A stretch of DNA of 64,000 nt from a virus. Taxonomy: Duplodnaviria > Heunggongvirae > Uroviricota > Caudoviricetes. The notes under the pieces are model-generated. The model was given only the letters and a program-made list of their open reading frames with translations. It was not told the origin of the DNA and searched no databases. The position numbers and the translations under genes were made by a program. The stretch's first letter is position 1. Each line of letters opens with the position of its first letter. The stretch lies in IMG/VR virus record IMGVR_UViG_3300032322_001781; one strand, 5' to 3'. This document shows positions 47,517-58,130 of the stretch, piece after piece.

Positions 47517-48419
47517 ATGAGTAATGAAAAAAACAGTTTGCTAGCTATTTTAGAACAATACGAAGCAAACAACAAACCTAAGTATGATAAGAAAACAGAA
47601 AAGGTTTACGACTTAAAAAACTACTTTAACACTTACATTAAAGAAGGTGTGAAATCAGCAACAAAACAAATCAGAATTTTGCCTAGTGCAAATGGTGGTT
47701 CTCCATTTGTTGAAATGCACGGTCATAAGATTCAAGTTGATGGCGAATGGAAAACATTCCCTTGTTTAAAACATGAAAAAGGTGAAGCGTGTCCGTTTTG
47801 TGAGGCACGTGAAGCTTTATTGTCTACTGGTAGAGAGTCTGATAAAGAGTTAGCTAAGAAATACGGTGCTAAAATGATGTATGTGGTTAAAGTTATTGAC
47901 AGAGACCATCCAGAAGAGGGTGTTAAATTTTGGAGATTTAACCATGACTATCGTAAAGAAGGTATTTACGATAAAATAATTGGTGTTCTTAACGCTCTTA
48001 AAAAAGATGTTACACATCCAGAAACTGGTCGTGACCTTGTGTTGACAATAAACAGAAACCAAAACAATGTACCAGTAGTTTCTGCTGTAGCTTCTCTTGA
48101 CCCAACACCTCTTTCAGAAAACGCTGAAGAAGCAAACGCTTGGCTTTCAGACTCAAGAACTTGGGAAGATGTTTATTCAGTAAGAAGTTACGAATATTTG
48201 GAAATCATCGTAAAAGGCGGTATACCAGTGTGGAGTTCTGAAGAAAAGAAATTTGTTGACAAAGCCTCTTTGACCAGCACAACTTCAGAAACAGAAGAAT
48301 TGGAATCTGAATTGACTTTGGGAGTTGAAAATGTTAAAGCTGGTATTGTGTCAGCTCCGACAGCTTCAGCACCTATTGAGACTTCAAGTCAAGAAGAGGA
48401 AGATGATTTACCATTTTAG
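47517..48419 (+). CDS. Single-stranded DNA-binding protein (gp32-like)
   Basis: IRILP, H...C...CPFC zinc site, GVKFWRF, GRDLVL, acidic tail ending EEEDDLPF. Confidence 0.85.
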   Translation: MSNEKNSLLAILEQYEANNKPKYDKKTEKVYDLKNYFNTYIKEGVKSATKQIRILPSANGGSPFVEMHGHKIQVDGEWKTFPCLKHEKGEACPFCEAREALLSTGRESDKELAKKYGAKMMYVVKVIDRDHPEEGVKFWRFNHDYRKEGIYDKIIGVLNALKKDVTHPETGRDLVLTINRNQNNVPVVSAVASLDPTPLSENAEEANAWLSDSRTWEDVYSVRSYEYLEIIVKGGIPVWSSEEKKFVDKASLTSTTSETEELESELTLGVENVKAGIVSAPTASAPIETSSQEEEDDLPF

Positions 48420-48461
48420 AATGGTAAATAATTCTATTTAGAGTTTTATATAAAAAAAATT

Positions 48462-48485
48462 AGGTGAGAAATCACCTTTTTTTTT
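48462..48485 (+). terminator. Intrinsic terminator with GAAA tetraloop
   Basis: AGGTGA-GAAA-TCACCT followed by T8. Confidence 0.8.
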
Positions 48486-48516
48486 CTAGAATAACAAATA
48501 TAAAAAAAAAAATAAA

Positions 48517-49614
48517 ATGGCTAAAAAACCTAGTAAAAAACCTATTGAAAAAAAAGAGTTTAATTTAGAAGATTTTAAAAAAACTGAAGGACTTAATTTT
48601 ACGGTAAAAGAAAAAGAATTATCATGGATTCCCCTATCAGAAGCGTTCCACGATGCTGTTAAGGTTCCAGGTATTCCTGTCGGATATTTCACTAGCTTTA
48701 GAGGGTATTCAAATACAGGTAAATCTACTGCGATTTATGAAGGTGTTGCTGGATGTCAAAAATTGGGAACTCTACCAATTATTTATGAAACAGAAGGAAA
48801 CTGGAACTGGACTCATGCAAGAAACATTGGTGTTCAATTTGAAGAATACGTTGATGAGGAAACTGGTGAAGTAAATTATCGTGGTGATTTTATCTTTTTA
48901 CAAGGACCAGACCTTTTAAAAATGTATGCTTGTTATGACCATCAGCATAGTAAAATGGGTACAAAACCATTAAGATATGAACCAGTAGTTGAAGATATAT
49001 CACTACATATGCATACAATTTTGGATGCACAACAAGAAGAGAGATTACCTAGAGATGTTTGTTTCTTTTGGGATTCAGTTGGTTCTATAAACTGTTTCAA
49101 AGGAGCGACATCCAAAACAACCAACAACCAATGGACTGCTGGTGCTTTGGCAACATGCTTCAAATCTCTTATTAATTATAGAATTCCAGCTTCCAGAAGA
49201 GAAGACGCTCCATATTCAGCTACGTTTGCTGTTGTACAACAAATATGGTTGGATAACGAAAACAAAGTTATCAAACACAAAGGCGGTGAAGCATTCTTCT
49301 ACTCTCCAAGACTTATCTTCCACTTTGGCGGTATTCTTACACATAGCACTGAGAAACTTAAAGCAACATTATCTGGTGAAGAGTTTCAATTTGGTGTTGA
49401 AACAAGGATTAGATGTGAAAAGAACCAAGTTAATGGTATCGAACAAAAAGGCAAAATTGCATCTACTCCACATGGATATTGGAACCCAGATAAAATCAAT
49501 GACTACAAAGAAGAACACAAAGATTTTATCAAAGCACATCTAAACACTGAATACGACAACTTTATCATTGAAAAAGAGGAAGTTGGTTTGAGCAGAGAAG
49601 ATATGATGGCTTAA
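48517..49614 (+). CDS. RecA/UvsX-like recombinase
   Basis: GIPVG, Walker A GYSNTGKST, YETEG, FFWDSVGS, GGEAFFY, CEKNQV. Confidence 0.9.
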   Translation: MAKKPSKKPIEKKEFNLEDFKKTEGLNFTVKEKELSWIPLSEAFHDAVKVPGIPVGYFTSFRGYSNTGKSTAIYEGVAGCQKLGTLPIIYETEGNWNWTHARNIGVQFEEYVDEETGEVNYRGDFIFLQGPDLLKMYACYDHQHSKMGTKPLRYEPVVEDISLHMHTILDAQQEERLPRDVCFFWDSVGSINCFKGATSKTTNNQWTAGALATCFKSLINYRIPASRREDAPYSATFAVVQQIWLDNENKVIKHKGGEAFFYSPRLIFHFGGILTHSTEKLKATLSGEEFQFGVETRIRCEKNQVNGIEQKGKIASTPHGYWNPDKINDYKEEHKDFIKAHLNTEYDNFIIEKEEVGLSREDMMA

Positions 49615-49644
49615 CCTATTGTTTAACCCTTTAAACGTGAATAC

Positions 49645-50694
49645 GTGAATAAAAGACCACCTCGTAACGGTGAAAAAATAGCAAAACAACAAAACACACT
49701 TTTGGTAGACGGAAATGCCCTATTTAAAGTAGGGTATTTCGGTGCCAAAAACGAATACAACAGTAATGGTGAACACATTGGTGGATTGTATTCTTTCTTG
49801 ACAATATTTCGTAAAATTCTAATTGAAGATTTATATCACAGAGTTTATGTATTCTGGGATGGTAATTTTAGTGGAAAACTACGTTACGAAATTTACGAAC
49901 CATACAAGAGTGGCCGTGGTAAAAACTACGTTACAGGTACTCAACCAATCGACATTGATGAATTAAAGCAACGTAAGATGGTATGGGATTATCTAAGTGA
50001 AATGTATGTAAGACAACTTAAACATGAATTCATTGAAAGTGATGACTTTATAGCATACTATTGTCTAAACAAAAAACAAAACGAAAAGATAACCATCGTA
50101 TCAACAGACCGTGACTTTTTACAATTGATATCTGATGATATTAGAATTTATTTCTTAGATTTGAAAGAATATGTTGACATGACTAATTGTTCTTCGTACT
50201 TTTGCTTCCACCAAGATAATTCTGTTCTTATGAAAATCATGATTGGTGATAATTCAGATACTATTAAAGGTATCAAAGGTTTGGGTGAAGATACGTTGGT
50301 TAAACTATTCCCAGAATTGAAAGAAAGAAAAGTAACTTTAAACGAAATAATAGAAAATGCGGAGAAACAACAATTAGAACGAATCGAAAACAAAAAGAAA
50401 CCTCTTAAGATATTGGATAATATCATCAATAAGATTACAGATGGTGTTCAAAAAGAAAAGATTTACGAAATAAATGAACGCCTTGTTAATCTAAGCAAAC
50501 CAATGATGACTGAAGATGGAATAAGAGAATTAAAACATTTAATCGAAGGGACCCTTGACTCATCGGGTAGAGAACTTAAAAATGTTTTTAGTATGATGGA
50601 AAGAGATGGGTTAGATAAGGCACTAGGTGAATTTAGATATTCTACTTTTTTGGAACCTTATAAAAAACTAATAAACAGAGAAAATAATTTTTAA
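49645..50694 (+). CDS. 5'-3' exonuclease/flap endonuclease (T4 RNase H-like)
   Basis: LLVDGN, FWDG, YEPYKSGR, ESDDFIAY, STDRDFLQL, GDNSDTIKGIKGLG. Confidence 0.93.
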   Translation: MNKRPPRNGEKIAKQQNTLLVDGNALFKVGYFGAKNEYNSNGEHIGGLYSFLTIFRKILIEDLYHRVYVFWDGNFSGKLRYEIYEPYKSGRGKNYVTGTQPIDIDELKQRKMVWDYLSEMYVRQLKHEFIESDDFIAYYCLNKKQNEKITIVSTDRDFLQLISDDIRIYFLDLKEYVDMTNCSSYFCFHQDNSVLMKIMIGDNSDTIKGIKGLGEDTLVKLFPELKERKVTLNEIIENAEKQQLERIENKKKPLKILDNIINKITDGVQKEKIYEINERLVNLSKPMMTEDGIRELKHLIEGTLDSSGRELKNVFSMMERDGLDKALGEFRYSTFLEPYKKLINRENNF

Positions 50695-50703
50695 AACAAT
50701 TTT

Positions 50704-51189
50704 ATGACAACAAACACAACAGAACAAAGAAAAGCCGAAGACCAACGTTTTGAGTTTATCCTTTACATCAACAATCATATAATTTGTCAAAGATTTTTTA
50801 ATATTCGTGATTTTAATGAAGATTCGTTGAATTCATTTGAATTAAAAGAAATGATAGATGAAATAGCTGGTGTTAATAACGGTGATTTTGGCTCTTTAGG
50901 GATTATTCCTAATTATTTAAAACAAAAATCAGTTAATTATTTGTGGGAAAATTACAACCCATATTTTGTAAGAACTGATGAGTCTTATAAAGCACCAACA
51001 AAAAAGGGTGATATTTTTAAATTTGAAATAAAAGTAGATAAAAGACCTGTTATTTCTACTGAATTTATTAATGATTATTTTACGCTTAACCCAAAAGTTA
51101 GTGTAGATATTAGGGAAGTTATCCCATCTATTCTTTCTGAGATTCGTCAAAAAATGAGTCAAAAAAAATATAATAAAGTTGTTGCTTAA
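50704..51189 (+). CDS. Hypothetical protein in the replication operon
   Basis: 161-aa ORF; FEFILYINNHIICQRFFNI. Confidence 0.75.
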   Translation: MTTNTTEQRKAEDQRFEFILYINNHIICQRFFNIRDFNEDSLNSFELKEMIDEIAGVNNGDFGSLGIIPNYLKQKSVNYLWENYNPYFVRTDESYKAPTKKGDIFKFEIKVDKRPVISTEFINDYFTLNPKVSVDIREVIPSILSEIRQKMSQKKYNKVVA

Positions 51190-51237
51190 GTGACAACTTT
51201 AGTATATTTATACATAACATAGTTTTTAAATTTAAAA

Positions 51238-52647
51238 ATGGCAAAAATAGATAAAGATAATTTAAGTTATTTAGGGATTGATTATGAGTTTAGACTCATG
51301 TCTCAACTACTAATAGATAATAAATTTGCCAAATCAATTATTGATATAGTAGATGCCAATTACTTTAGTGACCCTTATCTTAGAGTTATAGCAGCTGCTA
51401 TAAAAGAAGCTAAGGAAAAAGATGATATTATACCTGATTTAAGTAGTCTTAAAATAAGATTATTATCTGATGTAACAGAAGATACACAAAGAAAGTATAT
51501 TTTGACACAGCTTAGTAAGGTTCATGAAGCTAGTTCTTATGACGCTCTTAAAATACAAGACATCGCTATGAAGTTTTGTAAACAACAAGAGTTGAAGAAA
51601 TCCATCAAACAGATTCAAAAAATAATTGATTTGGGTGATATTGAAAATTATGAACAATGCGAATCAATTTTAAGAAAAGCGTTGGAACATGGTGACAACA
51701 AGGATGATGGTATGGATGTCTTCGATAACATAAAAGAGGTGTTGGTTGATGACTTTAGAAAACCAATAAGAACTGGAATAAAAGGTTTGGATGAAGTAAT
51801 GGACGGTGGTTTATCTAAAGGTGAATTGGCTGTTATATTGGCTCCTTTTGGTGTTGGAAAAACGACCCTTATTACCAAAATCGCTAACACAGCTATGAAC
51901 GATGGTAACAAAGTTTTACAAATCTTCTTCGAAGACAACCCAAAGGTAATTCAAAGAAAACACATTTCTTGTTGGACTGGTGTTGACTTGAATAGCTTAT
52001 CATTACACAAAGATGAAATAATGTCATTGTGTGAACAAAAGCAAAAGGAGTCAAAAGGTGGAAAAGGTATTCTAAAACTTAAAAAGTTTTCTAGTGATGG
52101 AACAACCATACCACTAATAAGACAATACATCAGAAAGAAAATAGCAGAAGGCTTTAGACCAGATATCGTTTTATTGGACTATATTGACTGCGTTCAACCA
52201 TCAAGAAAATACGATGATGCGAATGTTGGTGAAGGTAGTGTTATGAGACAATTTGAAGCTATGTTAGCAGAGTTAGATATTGCTGGTTGGACAGCGGTGC
52301 AAGGAAACAGGAGTTCAATTAAAGCAAACGTAGTAGAAGCAGACCAAATGGGTGGTTCAATTAAAAAAGGTCAAATAGGCCACTTTATCGTGTCTATTGC
52401 GAAAACACTTGACCAAAAAGAAAATGGAACCGCAACAATGGCGATACTTAAGTCACGTTTTGGAAAGGATGGAATTATCTTTGAAGACATAACATTTGAC
52501 AATGCTAGAATTCAAATAGATATGGGTCAAAGCAAAGGAGGTAGAACCAAAACAGAATATAGAAAAGATGTTGAACTTAGCGAACAAGCTAGAGTTAACG
52601 AAGTTCTAGCTAGTACTAGAAGAAAAGAGATTATAAGCGAAGAATAA
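51238..52647 (+). CDS. Replicative DnaB-like helicase (gp41-like)
   Basis: TGIKGLD..MDGGLSKGEL, APFGVGKTT, LLDYID, AVQGNR, ILKSRFG. Confidence 0.93.
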   Translation: MAKIDKDNLSYLGIDYEFRLMSQLLIDNKFAKSIIDIVDANYFSDPYLRVIAAAIKEAKEKDDIIPDLSSLKIRLLSDVTEDTQRKYILTQLSKVHEASSYDALKIQDIAMKFCKQQELKKSIKQIQKIIDLGDIENYEQCESILRKALEHGDNKDDGMDVFDNIKEVLVDDFRKPIRTGIKGLDEVMDGGLSKGELAVILAPFGVGKTTLITKIANTAMNDGNKVLQIFFEDNPKVIQRKHISCWTGVDLNSLSLHKDEIMSLCEQKQKESKGGKGILKLKKFSSDGTTIPLIRQYIRKKIAEGFRPDIVLLDYIDCVQPSRKYDDANVGEGSVMRQFEAMLAELDIAGWTAVQGNRSSIKANVVEADQMGGSIKKGQIGHFIVSIAKTLDQKENGTATMAILKSRFGKDGIIFEDITFDNARIQIDMGQSKGGRTKTEYRKDVELSEQARVNEVLASTRRKEIISEE

Positions 52648-52652
52648 TAAAA

Positions 52653-53606
52653 ATGTATTTAAAAGATAAAACACTTAAAAAAAGATATTCCATTTTCCCA
52701 ATCATACATAATGATTTGTGGCAAATGTATAAAAAAGCAGAATCCCAAACTTGGGTTGCTGAGGAAACAGACTTAAGCAAAGATAAGTTTGATGAATTAA
52801 AAGAAAATGAAAAAACCTACCTTAAAAACATATTAGCTTTTTTTGCAATATCTGATGGTTTGGTTATAGATAATTTAGCAACCAACTTTCTAAATGAGGT
52901 TGAGATATTGGAGGCTCAATATTTTTATGGTCACCAAACATTTATTGAACAAGTTCATGCTAATGGTTATTCGTTGTTGATTGAAACATTCATAAAAAAT
53001 CTACATGAAAGGGAAGAGTTATTCAACTCAATGGAAAGCAATCCAGCTGTGGCTAAAAAAGCATCTTGGGCTGAAAATTGGATAAATCATCCATCTTTTG
53101 CACATAGGCTAGTTGCTTTTGCATGTGTAGAAGGAATCGCATTTTCTAGCGTTTTTTCTGGTGTTTTTTGGTTTAGAAGTAGAAATAAAATGCCAGGTTT
53201 AGCGGCAATGAATGAATTAATTCTGAGAGACGAAACATTTCATTATGAATTTGCTATAAATTTATATAATAATTATCTTAAAGAAGATTATAAATTGTCA
53301 ACAGATGAATTGAAAAAAATTATTCTAGGTTGTTATGAAATAGAAAAAGATTTTGTTGAACAAAGCATACCAGACGGTCTTCAAGGAATCACAAAACAAG
53401 ATATGGTCAAATACGTTCAATATGTTACTGATATAGTATTAAATGATTTTGGTTGCCAGAGAGAATTTATGGTTAGTAATCCACTAGAATACATGTCTAG
53501 AATAGGCTTGTCGTCTAAAAATAACTTCTTTGAAAAACGAGAAGGTGAATATACAAGAGTAGATATACCAACAACTATTGAAGGTATGTTTGATGAAGAA
53601 TTTTAA
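52653..53606 (+). CDS. nrdB: Ribonucleotide reductase class Ia beta subunit
   Basis: LAFFAISDG, EQVHANGY (radical Tyr), VEG, RDETFH, NFFE. Confidence 0.96.
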   Translation: MYLKDKTLKKRYSIFPIIHNDLWQMYKKAESQTWVAEETDLSKDKFDELKENEKTYLKNILAFFAISDGLVIDNLATNFLNEVEILEAQYFYGHQTFIEQVHANGYSLLIETFIKNLHEREELFNSMESNPAVAKKASWAENWINHPSFAHRLVAFACVEGIAFSSVFSGVFWFRSRNKMPGLAAMNELILRDETFHYEFAINLYNNYLKEDYKLSTDELKKIILGCYEIEKDFVEQSIPDGLQGITKQDMVKYVQYVTDIVLNDFGCQREFMVSNPLEYMSRIGLSSKNNFFEKREGEYTRVDIPTTIEGMFDEEF

Positions 53607-53611
53607 TTAAA

Positions 53612-55771
53612 ATGGGAATGAGAATACTTAAACGTGATAAAACATCACAGGCTTTTATGCCAAATAAAATCCTAAATAGGATTAAAACTCAATCAACTGG
53701 TTTAAAAGTTGATGCTGACTCTTTATTTCTGGAAGTGATTCCACTTATAAGTGATAATATAACAACAACAGAAATTGATGAAATAATTGCATTTAAAGCG
53801 GCTGATAAAATAATTCAACACCCTGATTATTCTTTATTAGGGGGTAGAATACTTTTAAGTAGACAGTCAAAATTAATAGGTAAAGAATTACAACCAGTTG
53901 ATTTAACCTATGATTTTTTTGCGGCAACTACATTCTTATCAAAATACTCAATGAGAGATGACAACAAAGCACCTATTGAATTACCATCATGTATGTATGA
54001 GCGTGTTGCTAATCATTTACATGACGATGATGACAATGCTAATAAAGAGCTATTAAAAGAGTTAACAACAAAAAGAGCCAATTTCGCAACCCCAACTTAT
54101 ACAAATGCTGGGGTTGACAAAAGAAATGGTATGATTAGTTGTAATTTAACACATTTGGAGGAAGATTCTTTTGAAGGTATTGAAGCCACGTTAACAAAAA
54201 TAGCATCCGCATCAAAAGAAGGTTCTGGTATTGGGTTACTTATAGACCCGCTTAGAAGCAAAGAAAGTTTAGTCCACTCATTCCAAGGTAATGCTGGTGG
54301 TGTTGTTAGACTTGCTGATATGGTTCAATCAAAAATGAGGTTTTATAAACAAGGTAGTCGTTCTGGAAGCTGTGCTCTTTACCTATCAGTTTGGCATAAA
54401 GACATATTTGATTTTTTAGACCTGACTCTACCAATTGGTGACGAACAATTAAGAACTCGTGATTTATTTACAGCTGTTGTCATAAATGATTTATTTATGA
54501 AAAAGCTTGAAAAAAATGAAGATTGGTATTTGTTCTGTCCTAATGATATTAAAAAAGCTGGTTTAACTCCATTACATCTTCTTTGGGGTGCTGAATTTGA
54601 AGCAGAATATGAAAAAGCGGTTGAACTTGGGATTGGTAAAAAAGTTAGCCCAAAAGAAATATTTGATGCTATAATCAAAGCTCAAGTTGAAAGTGGAAGA
54701 CCATATGTTATGTTTAAAGATAACGCAAACAAAAGGAATATGCAATCTAATATTGGTCCTATTTGCCAATCAAATTTGTGCATTGAAGTATTTCAAGCTT
54801 CAAAACCAAGATATACCCCACAATGCACATTGGCTTCTATTAATTTAGCTGAACACAATGGATTAAAATCAATTGACAAGACTACTAGAGTTTTAGTTAG
54901 AGGTTTAAATAAAGTTATTGATAAAAATAAATGGAGTGACGATTGGAGTCAATCAGCTGGTTTAGACCAAAGAGCTTTAGCAATCGGTGTTGCTGGTTTA
55001 GCAGATTTTTTTGCAAAAAAGAAAATATCTTTTGAGAGCGAAGAAGCTAAAAAATGGAACAACGATATTTTTGAAACAATGTACAAAGCAGCTGTTGAAG
55101 AATCAATGAATATTGCCGAAGAAAAAGGACAAAATTATCCTTCATGGGAAGGAAGTTTATACTCTGTTGGTGAGACATATATTGAAGGTTGGTCACCAAA
55201 ACCAGACGGAGAACCAATTCCTATGTATAATAGCCTTCTTTTAGGTCTTATGCCAACAGCTTCTTCAGCAATTTTACTAGGGTCTTTTGAATCATTTGAA
55301 CCAGTTACTGCTAATTTATTTACTAGACGTGTAGGTCAAGGAGAATTTTTAATTGTGAACAAATACTTGGTAAATGAATTGATTGAAAATGAATTATGGG
55401 ATTCAGAAATGATTGATAAAGTTATTAAAAACAAAGGTAGTATCCAAAATATTGTTGAAATACCAGAAGATATAAGATTTAGATATAAAGATGTTTGGGA
55501 GATACCACAAAGAGTTTTATTAGATTTAGCAATAATTAGAAACAAATATGTTGACCAATCACAATCTTTGAATGTGTATCACGTTGATGCCAAATATGGT
55601 AAAATAGCTAGTGCGCTTATGTATGCTTGGAAGGGTGGGTTAAAAACTGGTGTTTACTATACAAGAACAAAATCTAAACTAGAGGCCAATTCTAAATTAG
55701 CAACCCAACAAATAAACGTTATAAAAAAACCAAAAGATAGTCAGTTTGAATGTTTTGGCTGTTCAGCTTAG
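53612..55771 (+). CDS. nrdA: Ribonucleotide reductase class Ia alpha subunit with ATP cone
   Basis: ILKRD cone, ATPT..NAG, SC, SNLCIE, CTLAS, MPTASS, QSQSLN, GLKTGVYY, C-terminal CFGC. Confidence 0.97.
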   Translation: MGMRILKRDKTSQAFMPNKILNRIKTQSTGLKVDADSLFLEVIPLISDNITTTEIDEIIAFKAADKIIQHPDYSLLGGRILLSRQSKLIGKELQPVDLTYDFFAATTFLSKYSMRDDNKAPIELPSCMYERVANHLHDDDDNANKELLKELTTKRANFATPTYTNAGVDKRNGMISCNLTHLEEDSFEGIEATLTKIASASKEGSGIGLLIDPLRSKESLVHSFQGNAGGVVRLADMVQSKMRFYKQGSRSGSCALYLSVWHKDIFDFLDLTLPIGDEQLRTRDLFTAVVINDLFMKKLEKNEDWYLFCPNDIKKAGLTPLHLLWGAEFEAEYEKAVELGIGKKVSPKEIFDAIIKAQVESGRPYVMFKDNANKRNMQSNIGPICQSNLCIEVFQASKPRYTPQCTLASINLAEHNGLKSIDKTTRVLVRGLNKVIDKNKWSDDWSQSAGLDQRALAIGVAGLADFFAKKKISFESEEAKKWNNDIFETMYKAAVEESMNIAEEKGQNYPSWEGSLYSVGETYIEGWSPKPDGEPIPMYNSLLLGLMPTASSAILLGSFESFEPVTANLFTRRVGQGEFLIVNKYLVNELIENELWDSEMIDKVIKNKGSIQNIVEIPEDIRFRYKDVWEIPQRVLLDLAIIRNKYVDQSQSLNVYHVDAKYGKIASALMYAWKGGLKTGVYYTRTKSKLEANSKLATQQINVIKKPKDSQFECFGCSA

Positions 55772-55790
55772 ATAAAAAACGCTAAAAATT

Positions 55791-55819
55791 AAAAAGGGCC
55801 CCAAAAAGGCCCTTTTTTT
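55791..55819. terminator. Intrinsic terminator
   Basis: AAAAAGGGCC-CCAAAAA-GGCCCTTTTTTT. Confidence 0.85.
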
Positions 55820-55876
55820 ATTTATATATTTACTTACAAAATTTTTTAATTACCATATTTATGTAAAAATATAAGT

Positions 55877-56263
55877 ATGGCTGAAATAAAATATATCAAT
55901 ATAAATTATCCCTTTAAAAATAGTCCAAAAGGTTTTTTCTTGGATTTAACTAGTGATGAGAATACGGCAATAAAAGCTGATTTGATGCATTTAATATTAA
56001 CTAGGAAAGGTCAAAGACTTTATAATCCAGATTTTGGCACTGATTTACTTAGATATATTTTCGAACCAGAAGATGGTTTAACGTTATCAAAAATAAAAGA
56101 AGAAATTGATACAGCTGTGAACAAATATTTACCAAATCTAAAGGTAAATGAAATAACAGTTGAACCATCAGAATTGAATGACCACGCAGCTGTGGTTAGG
56201 TTTGACTACACAATAACAGATGATGTTTTCACCACAACTGACTTTGTAATAATAAATATATAA
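55877..56263 (+). CDS. Baseplate wedge protein gp25-like
   Basis: IKADLMHLILTRKGQRLYNPDFGTDL..YIFEP. Confidence 0.92.
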   Translation: MAEIKYININYPFKNSPKGFFLDLTSDENTAIKADLMHLILTRKGQRLYNPDFGTDLLRYIFEPEDGLTLSKIKEEIDTAVNKYLPNLKVNEITVEPSELNDHAAVVRFDYTITDDVFTTTDFVIINI

Positions 56264-56264
56264 T

Positions 56265-58082
56265 ATGGCACAAGGAATTAACTACACTTCACGTAACTTT
56301 GCGGATATAAGAACTGACCTAGTAAATATGGTTAGGCAATATTACCCAGATATTTTTAACGATTTTAACGATGCATCTGTTGGTATGATGTTATTGGAAC
56401 TAAATGCAGCCGTTGGGGATATGCTATCCTATAATACAGATAGGATGTTTCAAGAAACTCAAATTGATTATGCACAACAAAGACAATCAATACTATCTTT
56501 GGCTAGGACATTTGGTTTAAAAATTCCAGGAAAACGTCCAAGTGTAACAATAGTTGATTTTTCAGTTACCGTTCCACCATTTGGTGATACGTTCGATGTA
56601 TCATATGCACCAGTTATAAGAGCTGGTGCTCAAGTTAGTGGTGCTGGTAAAGTATTTGAAACACAATATGATATAGATTTTTCAAACCCATTTACTATAG
56701 GTGGTATACCAAATAGGCTAATAATCCCAAATTTTAATTCAAATGGTGTTTTAACAACATACACAATTACAAAGAGGGAAATGGTTATAAATGGCTTTAC
56801 AAAAATATTTACTAGAACAATATCAGCAAATGACGTAAGACCTTTTTTCCAAATCATATTACCAGAAAACAATGTTTTATCAATCGATTCAATAATAGCA
56901 TTACAAGGTACAAATTATATACAAGACCCTTCTTTAGACCAATTTTTGGATATTGAAAAAAGATGGTTTGAAATGGATGCATTGGCTGAAAGTGAAATTT
57001 TCCTAGAAGATAACTTAGTAGCTAGCGATAATGCTGGTATTAGACCTGGAAAATGGATAACTGTAACCAAAAAATTTATTCGTGAATATACCGACTTAGG
57101 ATTCACCAAAATAACGTTTGGTGGTGGTAGCCAAGATGTTAGTAGTTTATGTGATTTTGATGTAAATCCAGCTTTGGTTAACCAGATTGGAGACTTTATA
57201 AATAATACAGCTCTGGGAGAAACCCCAACCGCAAATACAACAATGTTTGTAAAGTATAGAGTGGGTGGCGGAGGAGATACAAATTTAGGTCCAAATGTAT
57301 TAACTAGTATTGGTTTGGTAAATATGACGGTAAATGGTTCAAATCAAACAATAAATAATTCTGTCAGAGCTTCACTTAGAGTAAATAATCCTTTGCCAGC
57401 ATTGGGCGGAAAAGACGCTCCTAGTGTTGAAGAAATTAGAAATTTTGTTAAATATAATTTTTCAGCACAAAATAGAGCCGTAACTATCAAGGATTATCAA
57501 AGTAGAATTTCTTTAATGCCTGGTCAATTTGGGGTTCCATTTAGATGTGGTGTATTTGAAGAACAGAATAAAATTAAAGTTTATATATTAGGATTAGATT
57601 CAAATAGTAAACTTACAAATTCATCAACTTCAACACTTAGGAACAACATTGCAACTTATTTGGCTGATTATAGAATGTTAAACGATTATGTTCAAATTTC
57701 TAATGGTAAAATTATAAATTTAGCTTTAGAAATTGATTTATTTGTTGACAAAAAAGCACCACAATCACAAATAATTTCTCAAGTAATATCGAGCGTTCAA
57801 AGTTTTATGGATATAAATAAATTTCAAATGGGTGACAACATATATTTGTCACCTTTGATTGAAAATATAAATAACGTTGGTGGTGTGTTAAATGTAATCG
57901 ATTTAAGAATCTTCAATAAAGTTGGTAATGGATATAGTGTTAATGAAATATCACAACCATACATTGACCCAGCTACAAGACAAATAGATATAGCAACTGA
58001 CTATACTTTATTTGGAGACCCAATTACAATGTTTGAGATAAAATTTCCAGCGCAAGATATTAAAGTTAGAGTTAAATCATAA
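56265..58082 (+). CDS. Baseplate wedge protein gp6/J-like
   Basis: YTSRNFADIR, DFNDASVGMMLLE, YRVGGG, GGKD, QNRAVTIKDY. Confidence 0.88.
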   Translation: MAQGINYTSRNFADIRTDLVNMVRQYYPDIFNDFNDASVGMMLLELNAAVGDMLSYNTDRMFQETQIDYAQQRQSILSLARTFGLKIPGKRPSVTIVDFSVTVPPFGDTFDVSYAPVIRAGAQVSGAGKVFETQYDIDFSNPFTIGGIPNRLIIPNFNSNGVLTTYTITKREMVINGFTKIFTRTISANDVRPFFQIILPENNVLSIDSIIALQGTNYIQDPSLDQFLDIEKRWFEMDALAESEIFLEDNLVASDNAGIRPGKWITVTKKFIREYTDLGFTKITFGGGSQDVSSLCDFDVNPALVNQIGDFINNTALGETPTANTTMFVKYRVGGGGDTNLGPNVLTSIGLVNMTVNGSNQTINNSVRASLRVNNPLPALGGKDAPSVEEIRNFVKYNFSAQNRAVTIKDYQSRISLMPGQFGVPFRCGVFEEQNKIKVYILGLDSNSKLTNSSTSTLRNNIATYLADYRMLNDYVQISNGKIINLALEIDLFVDKKAPQSQIISQVISSVQSFMDINKFQMGDNIYLSPLIENINNVGGVLNVIDLRIFNKVGNGYSVNEISQPYIDPATRQIDIATDYTLFGDPITMFEIKFPAQDIKVRVKS

Positions 58083-58130
58083 GGTTTCCTTACTTAAACT
58101 TTTTTGTATATTTAAATAAAAAAAATTAAT

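Noticed and set aside
49635-49650. ACGTGAAT x2 overlapping the exonuclease GTG start
   Set aside because: Single short duplication with no other copies noticed; insufficient to call an operator
8573-55771. Inteins or introns in the polymerase, helicases, RecA or RNR
   Set aside because: No splice-junction or homing-endonuclease motifs noticed; catalytic motifs have normal spacing
21678-58082. Bacterial extracellular contractile injection system or prophage
   Set aside because: Neck proteins and a full replication/RNR set are interleaved, with no host genes or integrase visible; this fits a large lytic phage genome
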